64,000 nt of DNA from an uncultured Candidatus Saccharibacteria bacterium (GTDB lineage Bacteria > Patescibacteriota > Minisyncoccia > Phycocordibacterales > JACOZG01): positions 286,085 to 350,084 of the forward strand of contig CAZYXJ010000001.1 in the NCBI GenBank assembly GCA_964651115.1, written 5' to 3'. Made by a program: the position numbers and the translations under genes. The notes under the pieces were generated by a model. The model was not told the DNA's origin. It did not search any database and saw only the letters and a program-made list of their open reading frames with translations. Shown here one piece after another: positions 11,570-21,387 of this stretch. The first letter of the stretch is position 1. Every line of letters starts with the position of its first letter.

Positions 11570-12778
11570 TTAGAAGCCCGAAGCGAGATTGTAGATCGGG
11601 ACCAAAACCGAGGTGAGCAGGATGCCCACGCCCACACCCAAAAAGACGATCATCGCTGGTTCGATCAGGTCCACCAGAGTGTCGACGGCGTTATAAACTT
11701 CGCGCTGGTAAAAGCGCGACATCGTATCGAGCACAAAACCCAACTTCCCCGTCTCCTCACCGACGCGGATCATCTGGATCATAATCGTCGGCACCTCAGG
11801 ATGCTTGGTGAGGATGGCCGAAATGGCATTGCCCGACTTAACGCCCTCCGAGGCCTCTCGCAAAATGCTCTGGTAGACGTCATTGCCCACCACGTCACCG
11901 GTGATCTCTAGCGCCCGGACCATCGAGATACCGGCCGTCAACATGGTGGCGAGGTTATCGGCAATGCGCGAGAGATACAACTTTTGGTAAAGCACGCTCA
12001 CATAAGGCACCGTCAACTTAAAGCGGGCCAACTGCATCTGCCCCGACTTGGTGCGGAGCCACCGACCAACGAAAAAGCCCACCACGATTAGCAAAAAGAG
12101 GAGCAAAATACCGTAACTAACAAAGAAGTTAGAGATGGCAATAATGATCTTGGTGTAAATGGGGATCTCTTGCCCCGTCTCGAGCAAAATCGCCGAGAGT
12201 TTAGGGATCACATAGACGAGCATCAAAATCATCACCACCAAAAAGGAAAAGATGATGAAGGCGGGGTAGATCAGGGCGTTGCGGGCCTTAGAGACCAGCG
12301 CGTGCGAACGTTCGAGATAAGCCGCCAGATAAGAAAAGACTTCGGAGAGCTTGCCCGACTCCTCGCCGGCCTTAACCATATTGACGTAAAAGTCAGAAAA
12401 GACCTCCGGATGCTTGCCGAGCGCCTGCGAGATAAGGACGCCGGAGTTAAGATCGTCCGACACCGCCGTTAGCACCAAGCGGAGATGAGGCGTCTCAGCC
12501 TCTGAGGCCAAGAGGCGAAAGGTGGAGAGCGCCGAGACCTTGGCCTCAAACAGCGTCGAAATTTGCCGCGAGAGAAAGACGATCTCCTTCATCTTAACCC
12601 GACGACCACCGAACGAGAGGAGTGAGTTGAGCCGCCCACGATCCTCGACGGAACGGACATCAATAATCACCAGGCCGCGGCGCTGGAGCGAGCCGATCGC
12701 TAAATCGACGTTGGGCGCGTCAATGGTGCCGTCTTGCGGCTGGCCCTCCTTGGTCGTCGCTTTGTACTTAAAAATCAT
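11570..12778 (-). CDS. pilC: type IV pilus assembly platform protein (GspF/PilC family)
   Basis: 402 aa polytopic membrane protein with a duplicated GspF-type domain. Confidence 0.9.
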   Translation of the reverse strand: MIFKYKATTKEGQPQDGTIDAPNVDLAIGSLQRRGLVIIDVRSVEDRGRLNSLLSFGGRRVKMKEIVFLSRQISTLFEAKVSALSTFRLLASEAETPHLRLVLTAVSDDLNSGVLISQALGKHPEVFSDFYVNMVKAGEESGKLSEVFSYLAAYLERSHALVSKARNALIYPAFIIFSFLVVMILMLVYVIPKLSAILLETGQEIPIYTKIIIAISNFFVSYGILLLFLLIVVGFFVGRWLRTKSGQMQLARFKLTVPYVSVLYQKLYLSRIADNLATMLTAGISMVRALEITGDVVGNDVYQSILREASEGVKSGNAISAILTKHPEVPTIMIQMIRVGEETGKLGFVLDTMSRFYQREVYNAVDTLVDLIEPAMIVFLGVGVGILLTSVLVPIYNLASGF

Positions 12779-12787
12779 GGCTGGGAA

Positions 12788-13849
12788 TTATAAAATTCGT
12801 TCGAGCGCCCGGGGATTAAGCGAGAAGTGGTAAGCCACATCGGGAGCAATTTCGCCTCGACGCACCAGGTCCGCCAAGGAATGATTAAGATTAATCATTC
12901 CTTCCTCAATCCCCGTCTCGATCACCACGTCGATCTCGGCCGTGCGGCCCTCACGGATCAGGTTGGCGACGGCGTTATTATTAATCAACAGTTCGTAGGC
13001 CGGAATCAGCCCGCCCGACAATCGCGGAATAAGGCGCTGAGAAAAGATGCCGAGCAAAGAACCGGCCAGCTGGATGCGAATCTGATTTTGCTGAGCGGCC
13101 GGGAAGGAGTCGATAATGCGATCAACGGTTTGCGAGGCGCTGTTGGTGTGGAGCGTCGACAAGATTAGGTGCCCCGTCTCGGCGGCCGTCACCGCGGTGG
13201 AGATCGTCTCGGGACTGCGCATCTCGCCGATCATCGCCACGTTAACGTCTTGGCGGAACATTGAGCGCAAAGCGACTGGGAAGTCGACCGTATCGAAGCG
13301 GACCTCGCGCTGATCAATAATCGACTTATCTCCGGTAAACAAATACTCCACCGGATCCTCAATCGTCACGATGTGCTCGGCCCGATTTTGGTTAATGTGC
13401 TGGATCAATGAGGCGAGAGTCGTTGACTTGCCCTGACCGACCGGCCCAACCACCAAGAAAAATCCCTGCTTGCGCGAAGCAAATTCGAGCAGTTTATCGG
13501 GCAGATTAAGCTCGGCCATCGTCTTGATCTTGTTGGGAATCAATCTAAACGCCGCGCCCACCACTCCGCGCTGGAAAAAGGCGTTACCACGGAAGCGCGT
13601 GCCATCACTCGCCGTAAAAGCAAAATCGAGCTCCTTGGTTTTAAGAAATTCCTCGCGGTTGCCGGGCGTCATCACCTCCGAGATAAGGCCCAGCGTATCT
13701 TCGGCGGTAAGGAGAGGCTTTTTTACAATCGGGATCAAGTCGCCAGACACGCGGATCGTTGGATGACGCCCCACCGTTAAGTGGAGATCGGAGGCCCCCT
13801 CTTTAGAGACGATATAAATCAGGTCATCAAGCTCGGCTCGATAGTTCAT
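12788..13849 (-). CDS. pilT: type IV pilus retraction ATPase
   Basis: Walker A GPVGQGKSTT. Length 353 aa. PilT/GspE fold. Confidence 0.9.
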   Translation of the reverse strand: MNYRAELDDLIYIVSKEGASDLHLTVGRHPTIRVSGDLIPIVKKPLLTAEDTLGLISEVMTPGNREEFLKTKELDFAFTASDGTRFRGNAFFQRGVVGAAFRLIPNKIKTMAELNLPDKLLEFASRKQGFFLVVGPVGQGKSTTLASLIQHINQNRAEHIVTIEDPVEYLFTGDKSIIDQREVRFDTVDFPVALRSMFRQDVNVAMIGEMRSPETISTAVTAAETGHLILSTLHTNSASQTVDRIIDSFPAAQQNQIRIQLAGSLLGIFSQRLIPRLSGGLIPAYELLINNNAVANLIREGRTAEIDVVIETGIEEGMINLNHSLADLVRRGEIAPDVAYHFSLNPRALERIL

Positions 13850-13858
13850 TCTAAAAAA

Positions 13859-14251
13859 TTATTTTTTCTTGCTTTTAACAATGTCCATCACCTTGGCTAC
13901 CACCTCCGAGGGCGTGGCCGAAGCTTTAATAATGTAGCCATCGACGCCCAAACTCGTCCCCTTCTCCACGTCATCCTTTTGACCCAAGTTCGACAAAATA
14001 ATAATGGCGCCATCCTTCTGAACGCCACGCTGTTTTAACTGCTCGATCAACTGGAAACCGTCCATCTTGGGCATCAGCACATCAACCAAATAAATGTCGG
14101 CGCGCAAACCACCATCAATCTTTTCGAGTGCCTCTTGGCCATCGCGGGCCGTCACCACCTCAAAGTTATGTTCACCAAACTTGAGCGAATACATATCCAA
14201 CAGAAACTTGTCGTCATCCGTAATCAAAATTTTGTAGGTAGGTTCTGCCAT
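13859..14251 (-). CDS. single-domain response regulator receiver (CheY-like)
   Basis: 130 aa with receiver signature ILITDDD...DVLMPKMDG...K. It sits between pilB and pilT. Confidence 0.85.
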   Translation of the reverse strand: MAEPTYKILITDDDKFLLDMYSLKFGEHNFEVVTARDGQEALEKIDGGLRADIYLVDVLMPKMDGFQLIEQLKQRGVQKDGAIIILSNLGQKDDVEKGTSLGVDGYIIKASATPSEVVAKVMDIVKSKKK

Positions 14252-14283
14252 AATGCTTTAAGTATATTACTGGCCTTGCCAAA

Positions 14284-15855
14284 TCACAACTTCCCGACCT
14301 CCTCAAGTGGGATAAATCCGCCCAGCGCCTTCTTGAGCGCGTCGTCACGCATCGTGGTGAGACCTTTTTTCTTGGCCTGTTCAGCGAAACGCTCTTCGCT
14401 GGGCGCCTCAAGCAATAACTGCTCAAAATCGCGGTCCATAGGCAACATTTCAAACACCGCCATCCGGCCACGCAAGCCACCTGGGCAAGTTGGCGAGGGT
14501 TTGGGCCGATAAACCTGGCCCGGCAAAGTAAACTGCCCGCGCGCCGACTCGGGCACGTCGGACAAATACTTTTCCACCATCGTTTTTAAGCCGCCCTCCA
14601 AGGGCACTTCCTCCCGCGACTCCTCGCAGAGCGTTGGCAACAGGCGCTGAGCTACCGCCAAAATCAAGGTAGCCGAAATTAAGTAGGGCTCGACGCCCAT
14701 GTCGATCAAACGCGGAATCACGCCAGCCGTATTGTTGGTGTGCAAAGTGGAAAGCACTAAGTGACCAGTGAGCGCCGCCTGAACAGCCAGCTTGGCCGTC
14801 TCAGAATCGCGGATCTCACCAACCATGATGATATCGGGGTCCTGGCGCAAAATACTGCGCAAACCATTGGCAAAGGTGTAATGGATCTCCGGCCGGACTT
14901 GCGACTGGCTAATCCCTTCGATCGAATACTCCACCGGGTCCTCCAAGCTAACGACGTTATTCTTTTCGCGATCAATCTCTTGGAGCAAGGCGTAGAGCGT
15001 CGTCGTCTTACCCGAACCAGTCGGCCCAGTAATTAAGATCATGCCGTAAGGACGAGTGATGGCGCCCAAAAGTAGCTGTTTTTGCTCTTCGGAGAGGGCT
15101 AGATCATTAACGCGCAGACGCGTCCGTTCCGGATCCAAAATACGGATGACCACCTTTTCGCCATAGTAAGTCGGCATCGTGGAAACACGAAAGTCGATTT
15201 TGCGATTATCAATCCGCGCCGAAAAGCGGCCATCCTGGGGCTTGCGCCGCTCATCAAGCTTCATATTAGTAAGAATCTTGATACGCGCCACCACCGCGTC
15301 ATGGACCGAGACGGGCAAGAACAGCGAAGTATAGAGAACGCCGTCAACCCGGAAACGCACCTTAACCTGCTTGTCGGTTGGCTCGATGTGGATATCGGAA
15401 GCGGCCCCAGATGAGGCGTGCTGGAGGATCACCGCCACGATTTTGGTCACCGGCGCGTCCTCAACGATCTGAACCTCGCTGGGACGAGTGGGCTTTTTCT
15501 CCGTGGCAGTCTGCTTTTGCTCCTCGCTCTGGATCTCCAAATCCAAATCAGAGAGCGCCTTAGTCACCTGACTGGTCAAACCCTCATAACCCGTAATCAC
15601 CTGATCGAAATCTTTTTGACTAATGCCAAAAACTTTAAACGGCATCCCCACCTTGGTGGCGATAAACTGGAGCGCGTCGCGAGCCTCGATATTACCCGGA
15701 TCAATCATCCCCACCTCCAGCACGCCGTCACGGATCCTTAGCGGCACAAAATTATAGTACTGCGCCGAAGTCTTCGGGATGTACTTGAGAATATCTTGAG
15801 AAATTTTTTCTCCCGGTTCGATTTGCGCTACCGGAATCTCGGCGTCAGACGGCAT
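14284..15855 (-). CDS. pilB: type IV pilus assembly ATPase (GspE family)
   Basis: Walker A ITGPTGSGKTTTLYA. Length 523 aa. N1/N2 domains present. Confidence 0.9.
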   Translation of the reverse strand: MPSDAEIPVAQIEPGEKISQDILKYIPKTSAQYYNFVPLRIRDGVLEVGMIDPGNIEARDALQFIATKVGMPFKVFGISQKDFDQVITGYEGLTSQVTKALSDLDLEIQSEEQKQTATEKKPTRPSEVQIVEDAPVTKIVAVILQHASSGAASDIHIEPTDKQVKVRFRVDGVLYTSLFLPVSVHDAVVARIKILTNMKLDERRKPQDGRFSARIDNRKIDFRVSTMPTYYGEKVVIRILDPERTRLRVNDLALSEEQKQLLLGAITRPYGMILITGPTGSGKTTTLYALLQEIDREKNNVVSLEDPVEYSIEGISQSQVRPEIHYTFANGLRSILRQDPDIIMVGEIRDSETAKLAVQAALTGHLVLSTLHTNNTAGVIPRLIDMGVEPYLISATLILAVAQRLLPTLCEESREEVPLEGGLKTMVEKYLSDVPESARGQFTLPGQVYRPKPSPTCPGGLRGRMAVFEMLPMDRDFEQLLLEAPSEERFAEQAKKKGLTTMRDDALKKALGGFIPLEEVGKL

Positions 15856-15866
15856 GCGTAAAAAAG

Positions 15867-16310
15867 TTAATTATTGAGAAAATCGAACAGATCCTGCACC
15901 GCACTGCGCGGCGCGGCTGGGGCCGCCGGAGCCGCGGAGCGGCTCCCCGCCGACGAAGTGGCGGCGGCCGGCGAAGAAGTCGCCGGCCGGGCGGCATCCT
16001 TACCAATCGGCGCAAACGGATTAGGCCGACCTGGGGTTTGGGGCTTAAGCTCGGTCGAAAAGTCTTTGAAAGTTCGTAACTGGGGATAAATCTCGCTCTC
16101 CAAACTAATATTCTGCAAACTCAGCAACAGCGAGAGAAATTCGTCCGTCCCACCAGCCGCCGCGGTGCCATCCAAATAACCCACGGCCTCCACGCCCAGC
16201 AAATCCGCCGCCGGCTCTTGCCCACTCCGCCAAGCACGATAACCAAAGAACAAAGCCACGATCACAATGACCAGCAGCAACAATTTTAGCAGTGATGAAG
16301 TGCGTGACAT
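15867..16310 (-). CDS. hypothetical membrane-anchored Ala/Pro/Ser-rich protein, possibly PilP-like
   Basis: Probable start is the internal Met (MSRTSSLLKLLLLVIVIVALFF), with its ATG overlapping the pilO stop. C-terminal low-complexity AAPAAPA tail. Confidence 0.4.
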   Translation of the reverse strand: MSRTSSLLKLLLLVIVIVALFFGYRAWRSGQEPAADLLGVEAVGYLDGTAAAGGTDEFLSLLLSLQNISLESEIYPQLRTFKDFSTELKPQTPGRPNPFAPIGKDAARPATSSPAAATSSAGSRSAAPAAPAAPRSAVQDLFDFLNN

Positions 16311-16311
16311 A

Positions 16312-16854
16312 TTATTTGAGCCAATAGGTTTGAATTTCGACCGTGTAATCGTACACATCCTTCTCAGCCGAACTAAAGCCACTGGCCGTCAAATCAATCA
16401 AACGTAAACTTTGCGCCAGATCGTTGAGAAAGGCCTTAAAATTTTCGTACGAACCGGTCACCGAAAAGCCAAAGGTGACCGATCCATGCTTGTCGCTCCC
16501 CGCGGTGATCACCGACTCCTCAGTTTTGCCCTCCTCGGTCTTGATCTGGATGTTGCGAATATTCATCCCATAGGGCTTAGCGATGTTGTTGATGTCGATA
16601 ATCAAACGGACGTTATCAACGTTATCGGGCAAAAGCTTGTTAAGCCGATTAAGATCGTCTTCGGGAATTGCTCGGAACTCGGCCAAGAGCCGATCCTGTG
16701 CTTCGCGTAACTTTTTCGCATTACCGAGCGCCTGATTGAGCGTTTGCTTTTCCGTCTCGATCAAACGGATGTCGGCAAACAGGGGCTGAGTAAAGCGCAA
16801 GAAACCACCAACGGCGACGAGGATGATAATTAGTGGTCCAAGAAAGCGCAGCAT
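16312..16854 (-). CDS. pilO: type IV pilus assembly protein PilO-like
   Basis: N-terminal TM, then a coiled-coil, then a C-terminal domain. Assigned from its position after the pilM and pilN genes. Confidence 0.65.
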   Translation of the reverse strand: MLRFLGPLIIILVAVGGFLRFTQPLFADIRLIETEKQTLNQALGNAKKLREAQDRLLAEFRAIPEDDLNRLNKLLPDNVDNVRLIIDINNIAKPYGMNIRNIQIKTEEGKTEESVITAGSDKHGSVTFGFSVTGSYENFKAFLNDLAQSLRLIDLTASGFSSAEKDVYDYTVEIQTYWLK

Positions 16855-16856
16855 AA

Positions 16857-17471
16857 TTAAGAAGTTTGATTTTTAATTTGTTTGACCACCGATGGATCAG
16901 GCGTGAGCGTCAGCTTAAAGGTAACCTCTCCCGCGCCATCCAAGTTAAGGTCAGAAAAAATAAAGCTCTGGATCCGCCGCTTCTCGGCTGAAAAAACCTG
17001 CGTCTGTACCGCAATATCTTCGTAACTAGTGGCGGTGCCGGCAATGGTTACGCCCTCGGCCGAATAAGCAAAGGTTTTGTAACTAATCGTGGGCAGAGTG
17101 AGTTCTTCCAGCAAAGAAAAGAGGGGCAAAATCGTCTCGTGATCCACAATCACTCGCTCGGCCACCTCCAACTTAGAGTCAAGGCGCTGTAATTGGGTGA
17201 TGGTGTTCTGATCAATATTTTGGCGCTCCCGTTCGACCGAGGCCTTAAGACCACAACGCAAAACTCCCGTGCCATCCGCGGTACAAGGACGATCAATCTC
17301 GGCGCGCAAAATCCCCCGGTAAGCAAAAGCGCCACCGTAAATAGCGGCCGAGATCAAAAGGACGATCACGGCAATAACTAAAAGCAAGTTAGACGAGGAG
17401 GAACGCGGCCGCTCATTCTTGGTGAGCGCCGCCTTGGGAATGAACGAAGTTGGTGATGAACTCGGAGGCAT
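16857..17471 (-). CDS. pilN: type IV pilus assembly protein PilN-like
   Basis: N-terminal TM protein. Assigned from its position directly after pilM. Confidence 0.6.
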   Translation of the reverse strand: MPPSSSPTSFIPKAALTKNERPRSSSSNLLLVIAVIVLLISAAIYGGAFAYRGILRAEIDRPCTADGTGVLRCGLKASVERERQNIDQNTITQLQRLDSKLEVAERVIVDHETILPLFSLLEELTLPTISYKTFAYSAEGVTIAGTATSYEDIAVQTQVFSAEKRRIQSFIFSDLNLDGAGEVTFKLTLTPDPSVVKQIKNQTS

Positions 17472-17496
17472 ATCCGTCTAATAATAATACCACAAG

Positions 17497-18606
17497 TTAG
17501 TCTAAAGTTTGCAAATGTCGAAGCGCTAAACCAATCGCCACGGCAAAACCCGGACCCGCTTCGCTTAAAATTGGGGTTAAAAATGCGGGCGCGGCCACCA
17601 TCTCGAATGGTTTGCCGAGCGTCACCGGAATTTCGAAATTTTTTCCGGCCACTTCGACTAAGCCACGCAAGAGCGCGCCACCACCGATCAACACGATCTT
17701 ATTAACCGACCGACGATTCTTTTCTTGATACCGGCTAATCACCTTACTGACTTCCGAAAAAATAAATTCAACAATACTATTAACCGTCACCGACACATTG
17801 CGTCCATCATAATGCTCCACCAAGCCCACGGTGCGCTTAATCTCTTCGGCCTTAGCAAAATCCACCCCCAAGGAGCGCGATAAAGCTAGGGTAATGTCTT
17901 GCGAGCCCTTGGGGATGGTGTGCGAAGAACGGACAATCCCGTAATCCACAATCGCCATCTTGGTATTGGAGGCGCCGATGTCGAGCATGACAGTCGCATT
18001 CATCTCCCCGCCAAAGACAGAACGGATGGCACTAAAGGTCTCAATCTCAAAAAACGCTGGCTGGATGCCCATCTGTTTAGCAAATTCCTGATGCTGACTA
18101 ATAATGGTGTTGTGAATGGCCACCACTAAAACCTGGAGCTTGTTCTCGCTCGCCTCGGATCCACCGCCCTCACTCGGCAACACCCACCAATCCAGCGCCA
18201 CTTCGGAAATCGGTACGGGAATATATTTTCGCGCCTCAATCGGAATCACCTTAGGCAACAGATCACGACTCACCTTGGGAATCTCGATAATCGTCACCAA
18301 ACTTGAGCCCAGCGGGATCGAAAGCGATCCGAGTGTGGTAGTAACATTGGCCTCCTTAAATAGATCGCGCGTCACTTCTACCATCTTTTCGGGCGGCACA
18401 ATCGCGACCTGACCGACCGCCAAACTCCGATAAGGACCAGTGGCAATCTCGCCATAGGTTTCTAAAATCGCTCGGCCCTTTTCGCGTCGCAATTGCACGA
18501 CCTTGATTGAAGAGGTGCCCACGTCAATACCAATCACGCTGTTGGCCCGACGTTGGAAAAGATTAAAGGATTTAAAATTTAAAAGTTTTTCAAATGGACT
18601 CGCCAT
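17497..18606 (-). CDS. pilM: type IV pilus assembly protein PilM (actin-like ATPase fold)
   Basis: GIDVGTSSIKVV phosphate-1 motif. Length 369 aa. Confidence 0.85.
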   Translation of the reverse strand: MASPFEKLLNFKSFNLFQRRANSVIGIDVGTSSIKVVQLRREKGRAILETYGEIATGPYRSLAVGQVAIVPPEKMVEVTRDLFKEANVTTTLGSLSIPLGSSLVTIIEIPKVSRDLLPKVIPIEARKYIPVPISEVALDWWVLPSEGGGSEASENKLQVLVVAIHNTIISQHQEFAKQMGIQPAFFEIETFSAIRSVFGGEMNATVMLDIGASNTKMAIVDYGIVRSSHTIPKGSQDITLALSRSLGVDFAKAEEIKRTVGLVEHYDGRNVSVTVNSIVEFIFSEVSKVISRYQEKNRRSVNKIVLIGGGALLRGLVEVAGKNFEIPVTLGKPFEMVAAPAFLTPILSEAGPGFAVAIGLALRHLQTLD

Positions 18607-18648
18607 ACCGTCGTCTTAGTATATCATTAAAGAAAGTCGAGACGGAAC

Positions 18649-19305
18649 ATGCGCGCCTGGCTAACCTTCTTCGCGGATCTCCTCTTCCCACCCCGCTGTG
18701 TGGGTTGTGGTCGCGCCAAAGAATTTTTGTGCTTAACTTGCGAGGATCTGCTCCGACGCGCGCCACTCCCGCCGGAGCCAAACGTCGTCGCGCTGTATGA
18801 TTATGGCGATCGGCGCGTGCGCCGGGCGATCTGGTATCTAAAATATCGAGGAGTCCACTCCATTGCCGAACGCTTAACTGGCAATCTCTACGCCGTCCTC
18901 ATCGAATATTTGGCGGAAATTGATAGTTACTATCCTCACGTCGAGCCCTGGATCCTCATCCCCGTCCCCCTGCATCCCAAACGACTGGCGGAGCGCGGCT
19001 ATAATCAAGCCGCGCTCATCGCCCGCGCCCTCGCGGCTCGCCAACCCGAAAGCTTTGATCTACGCGAACGAGCGGTGAGAAAAATTAAGGCCACCAAAAG
19101 TCAGGTCTCGCAGGCGAGCCGCGAGGCCAGAGCGCAAAATCTCAAAGACGCCTTCGAGCTCAGCGCGCCGGCCGAGCTAGCCGGCCGGCGCGTCATCCTC
19201 ATCGACGACGTCTACACCACCGGAGCAACTCTGCGGGAGTTAGCCAAAACAATCCGCGCGGCCGGAGCCGCGCGGATTGTGAAAGTGGCACTTGCCCAGG
19301 GATAA
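18649..19305 (+). CDS. comFC: ComF-family phosphoribosyltransferase-domain protein
   Basis: N-terminal CxxC...CxxC zinc finger and a C-terminal PRTase motif ILIDDVYTTGAT. Confidence 0.85.
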   Translation: MRAWLTFFADLLFPPRCVGCGRAKEFLCLTCEDLLRRAPLPPEPNVVALYDYGDRRVRRAIWYLKYRGVHSIAERLTGNLYAVLIEYLAEIDSYYPHVEPWILIPVPLHPKRLAERGYNQAALIARALAARQPESFDLRERAVRKIKATKSQVSQASREARAQNLKDAFELSAPAELAGRRVILIDDVYTTGATLRELAKTIRAAGAARIVKVALAQG

Positions 19306-19449
19306 TTACTCCGTCTGGAAACTGCCCTCTCCGACTGGGGTCGTCGTTGACACCGTGTCGGTCGTGGTTGGAGCTTCGCTCTTATTCATCCACATACCAA
19401 CCAACACCAAAACAACTACCAGCACGATAATTGCAATAATTGTCTTCAT
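19306..19449 (-). CDS. candidate small membrane protein (47 aa) with Thr-rich tail
   Basis: My own minus-frame reading gives MKTIIAIIVLVVVLVLVGMWMNKSEAPTTTDTVSTTTPVGEGSFQTE. It is not in the ORF track, which appears to omit ORFs shorter than about 60 aa. It competes with the plus-frame ORF 19292..19486. Confidence 0.3.
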   Translation of the reverse strand: MKTIIAIIVLVVVLVLVGMWMNKSEAPTTTDTVSTTTPVGEGSFQTE

Positions 19450-19554
19450 GGGCGCCACTATAGCACAGCTAGCCTTTTTGGTCTAGGCGGCCAGCGCCCC
19501 GACCATTAAACAGTTTTTATTTGTGGTAAATTTATGATAGGTTAAAGCCACATT

Positions 19555-19641
19555 GGAGAGTTGGCTGAGTGGTCGAAAGCGCCTCACTGCTAACGAGGTG
19601 TCCCTTTACCGGGACCGTGGGTTCGAATCCCACACTCTCCG
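19555..19641 (+). tRNA. tRNA-Ser, anticodon GCT (class II, long variable arm)
   Basis: Acceptor ggagagt/actctcc. Anticodon loop ctgctaa. Long variable arm. T-arm gtggg-ttcgaat-cccac. Discriminator G. Confidence 0.7.
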
Positions 19642-19762
19642 CCTTCGCCTCGCCGTAGCTCGAAAGAGTATAGGCGAGAAGCCGCTAAGGTTTTTATATC
19701 GGTTGTACTGACGACCTTAAAATATGAGCCATGCGCGTCCCTTAAAGCGCTCAACAAACACC

Positions 19763-21286
19763 TCATTTATCTTCTAGAGAAAAAGTTGCAGGATCTTTCC
19801 CCTCGACAATATTGCCACTTAAATAAACATGGTTCTTGTCTTTTGAGTATCCGTATTCGCCCAAATCAACGAATGTCTCTGGGTCGGCACCTTCGATTAT
19901 CCTATTTCCGTAATACACATGACTCTTGTCCTTCGCATAGTAGCTGTTGATCGGGTGGAACGTGGCATGGTCAGCAGTGGCTATGATCGGACCTTCATCG
20001 AAAGAACCTTCAATGTAATAGACGTTGTTCTTATCTTTCTGATAGGCACCGATATCATCGACAATATTTTTGAGCGTATCAGGATCGCCAGTCGGGATGT
20101 ATTTGTAAGTGTAGTAAAGCTTGTCGCCATCCCTACCATATTCACTCGACATCACCATAAATGTTGCGGGATTAGCTCCTTCAACAAGATCCCCACGCCA
20201 GTAGACATGATTCGCGTCTTTCATCCATAATCCCCCGTGCTCCGAATCTTCGACACCCACAAGAGTAGCCACGTCCACGCCTTCGTAGCCCTCGTCAGGG
20301 TAGATCCAGTTAAAAACCCGACTCTTATCCTTGCCGAGGCCCGCGCTGAAGTAAACATATGTCTCGGGGTCTGCACCCTCAATCTTGTAGCTTCCAGAAA
20401 GACCGAGACCGCCAAGGTACCCATCTAAGTACACGCCGTTCTTGTCCTTCACGAAGTTTCCTTCCTCGTCAATAGCCATGAAGCTCGCCACGTCATACTG
20501 GACATCGTGCGGTGCGCAGTCGTACTTGTAGACGTAACGAGAATCCTTTGCCCATATGCTGTTGAATATGACGAAGGAAGAGAGATCAATGTCGGGACGA
20601 GGCGTATCTCCGCAGTACAGAACATCGTCTCGAAACACGAAACCATAATGCATGTTTCGAGCGGGGCTCTTCCAACTGCTGAACTTGCCGTCTGAGTAAT
20701 GCAAAGTCAGGTAGCCAGTTTCCGCAGGAAACTCTGTGCGAACGCGAGCCTCAGTCTTTCCGTCCTCGTCAAAATCCTTGAAGACGACGCCCCATTCACC
20801 CTCTCTGAGAAAGGAAGGAATTACGCCAAGGTCTTTGTGGTACACCTGTTCGTAGGAAGACCCACCATACACAAAGAGTTCAGTCCTCGTTGATTTGTCG
20901 CTTGGAATTACATCCTGCTTGAGGACAATGATTTTGCCCGGGGCAAATTTTGAATTGCTCCTGACAAGGATGTCATGCCCTCTTCCATTGGAACCGTAGA
21001 GGAGTATAGCGTTTGCATTGTCGCCGCAACTCTCGATTATCTGAGAAAGAAAAGTGTTCAATTGCTCGACCGGAGCAGGATCCTTGATGTCACCTTCTCC
21101 CTTAGAGCACATGATGTGAAGTGTATTTGCTGGAACATCAATGTTGCCGAGACGACCTTCGACATTGAATTCGGATTGGTTTGACCACGAGATGTATGCC
21201 CATAAGGCATATGCCCCGAGCAGTAGAATAATCACGCCAAAAAGTACGGCCAGTGATTTTAAGAAAATCTTAAATGGTTTGCTCAT
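19763..21286 (-). CDS. membrane-anchored secreted protein with C-terminal DKNYY-family repeats
   Basis: N-terminal TM. The C-terminal half has tandem KDKNHVYY...GADPETF repeats matching the DKNYY family pattern. GC looks lower than the neighbouring sequence. Confidence 0.7.
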   Translation of the reverse strand: MSKPFKIFLKSLAVLFGVIILLLGAYALWAYISWSNQSEFNVEGRLGNIDVPANTLHIMCSKGEGDIKDPAPVEQLNTFLSQIIESCGDNANAILLYGSNGRGHDILVRSNSKFAPGKIIVLKQDVIPSDKSTRTELFVYGGSSYEQVYHKDLGVIPSFLREGEWGVVFKDFDEDGKTEARVRTEFPAETGYLTLHYSDGKFSSWKSPARNMHYGFVFRDDVLYCGDTPRPDIDLSSFVIFNSIWAKDSRYVYKYDCAPHDVQYDVASFMAIDEEGNFVKDKNGVYLDGYLGGLGLSGSYKIEGADPETYVYFSAGLGKDKSRVFNWIYPDEGYEGVDVATLVGVEDSEHGGLWMKDANHVYWRGDLVEGANPATFMVMSSEYGRDGDKLYYTYKYIPTGDPDTLKNIVDDIGAYQKDKNNVYYIEGSFDEGPIIATADHATFHPINSYYAKDKSHVYYGNRIIEGADPETFVDLGEYGYSKDKNHVYLSGNIVEGKDPATFSLEDK

Positions 21287-21321
21287 CGTCTCTTAATTTT
21301 ATCAAAATTCGGCTCGCCCGA

Positions 21322-21360
21322 CGAAAAAATAGAAAACCGTCCGGGGTCGGACGGTTTTTA
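21322..21360 (-). terminator. rho-independent terminator
   Basis: Hairpin aaccgtccg-gggt-cggacggtt. It is followed on the minus strand by a T-rich run. Confidence 0.5.
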
Positions 21361-21387
21361 AGTAATGAACAGAAAGAGCAAAGTTGC

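Noticed and set aside
12170-12833. 100-aa plus-strand ORFs inside pilC and pilT
   Set aside because: They are antisense shadow ORFs within confidently identified pil genes.
19292-19486. 64-aa plus ORF overlapping the comFC end
   Set aside because: It competes with the 47-aa minus-frame membrane ORF. Neither is well supported. The minus frame gives a cleaner signal/TM start, but both remain uncertain.
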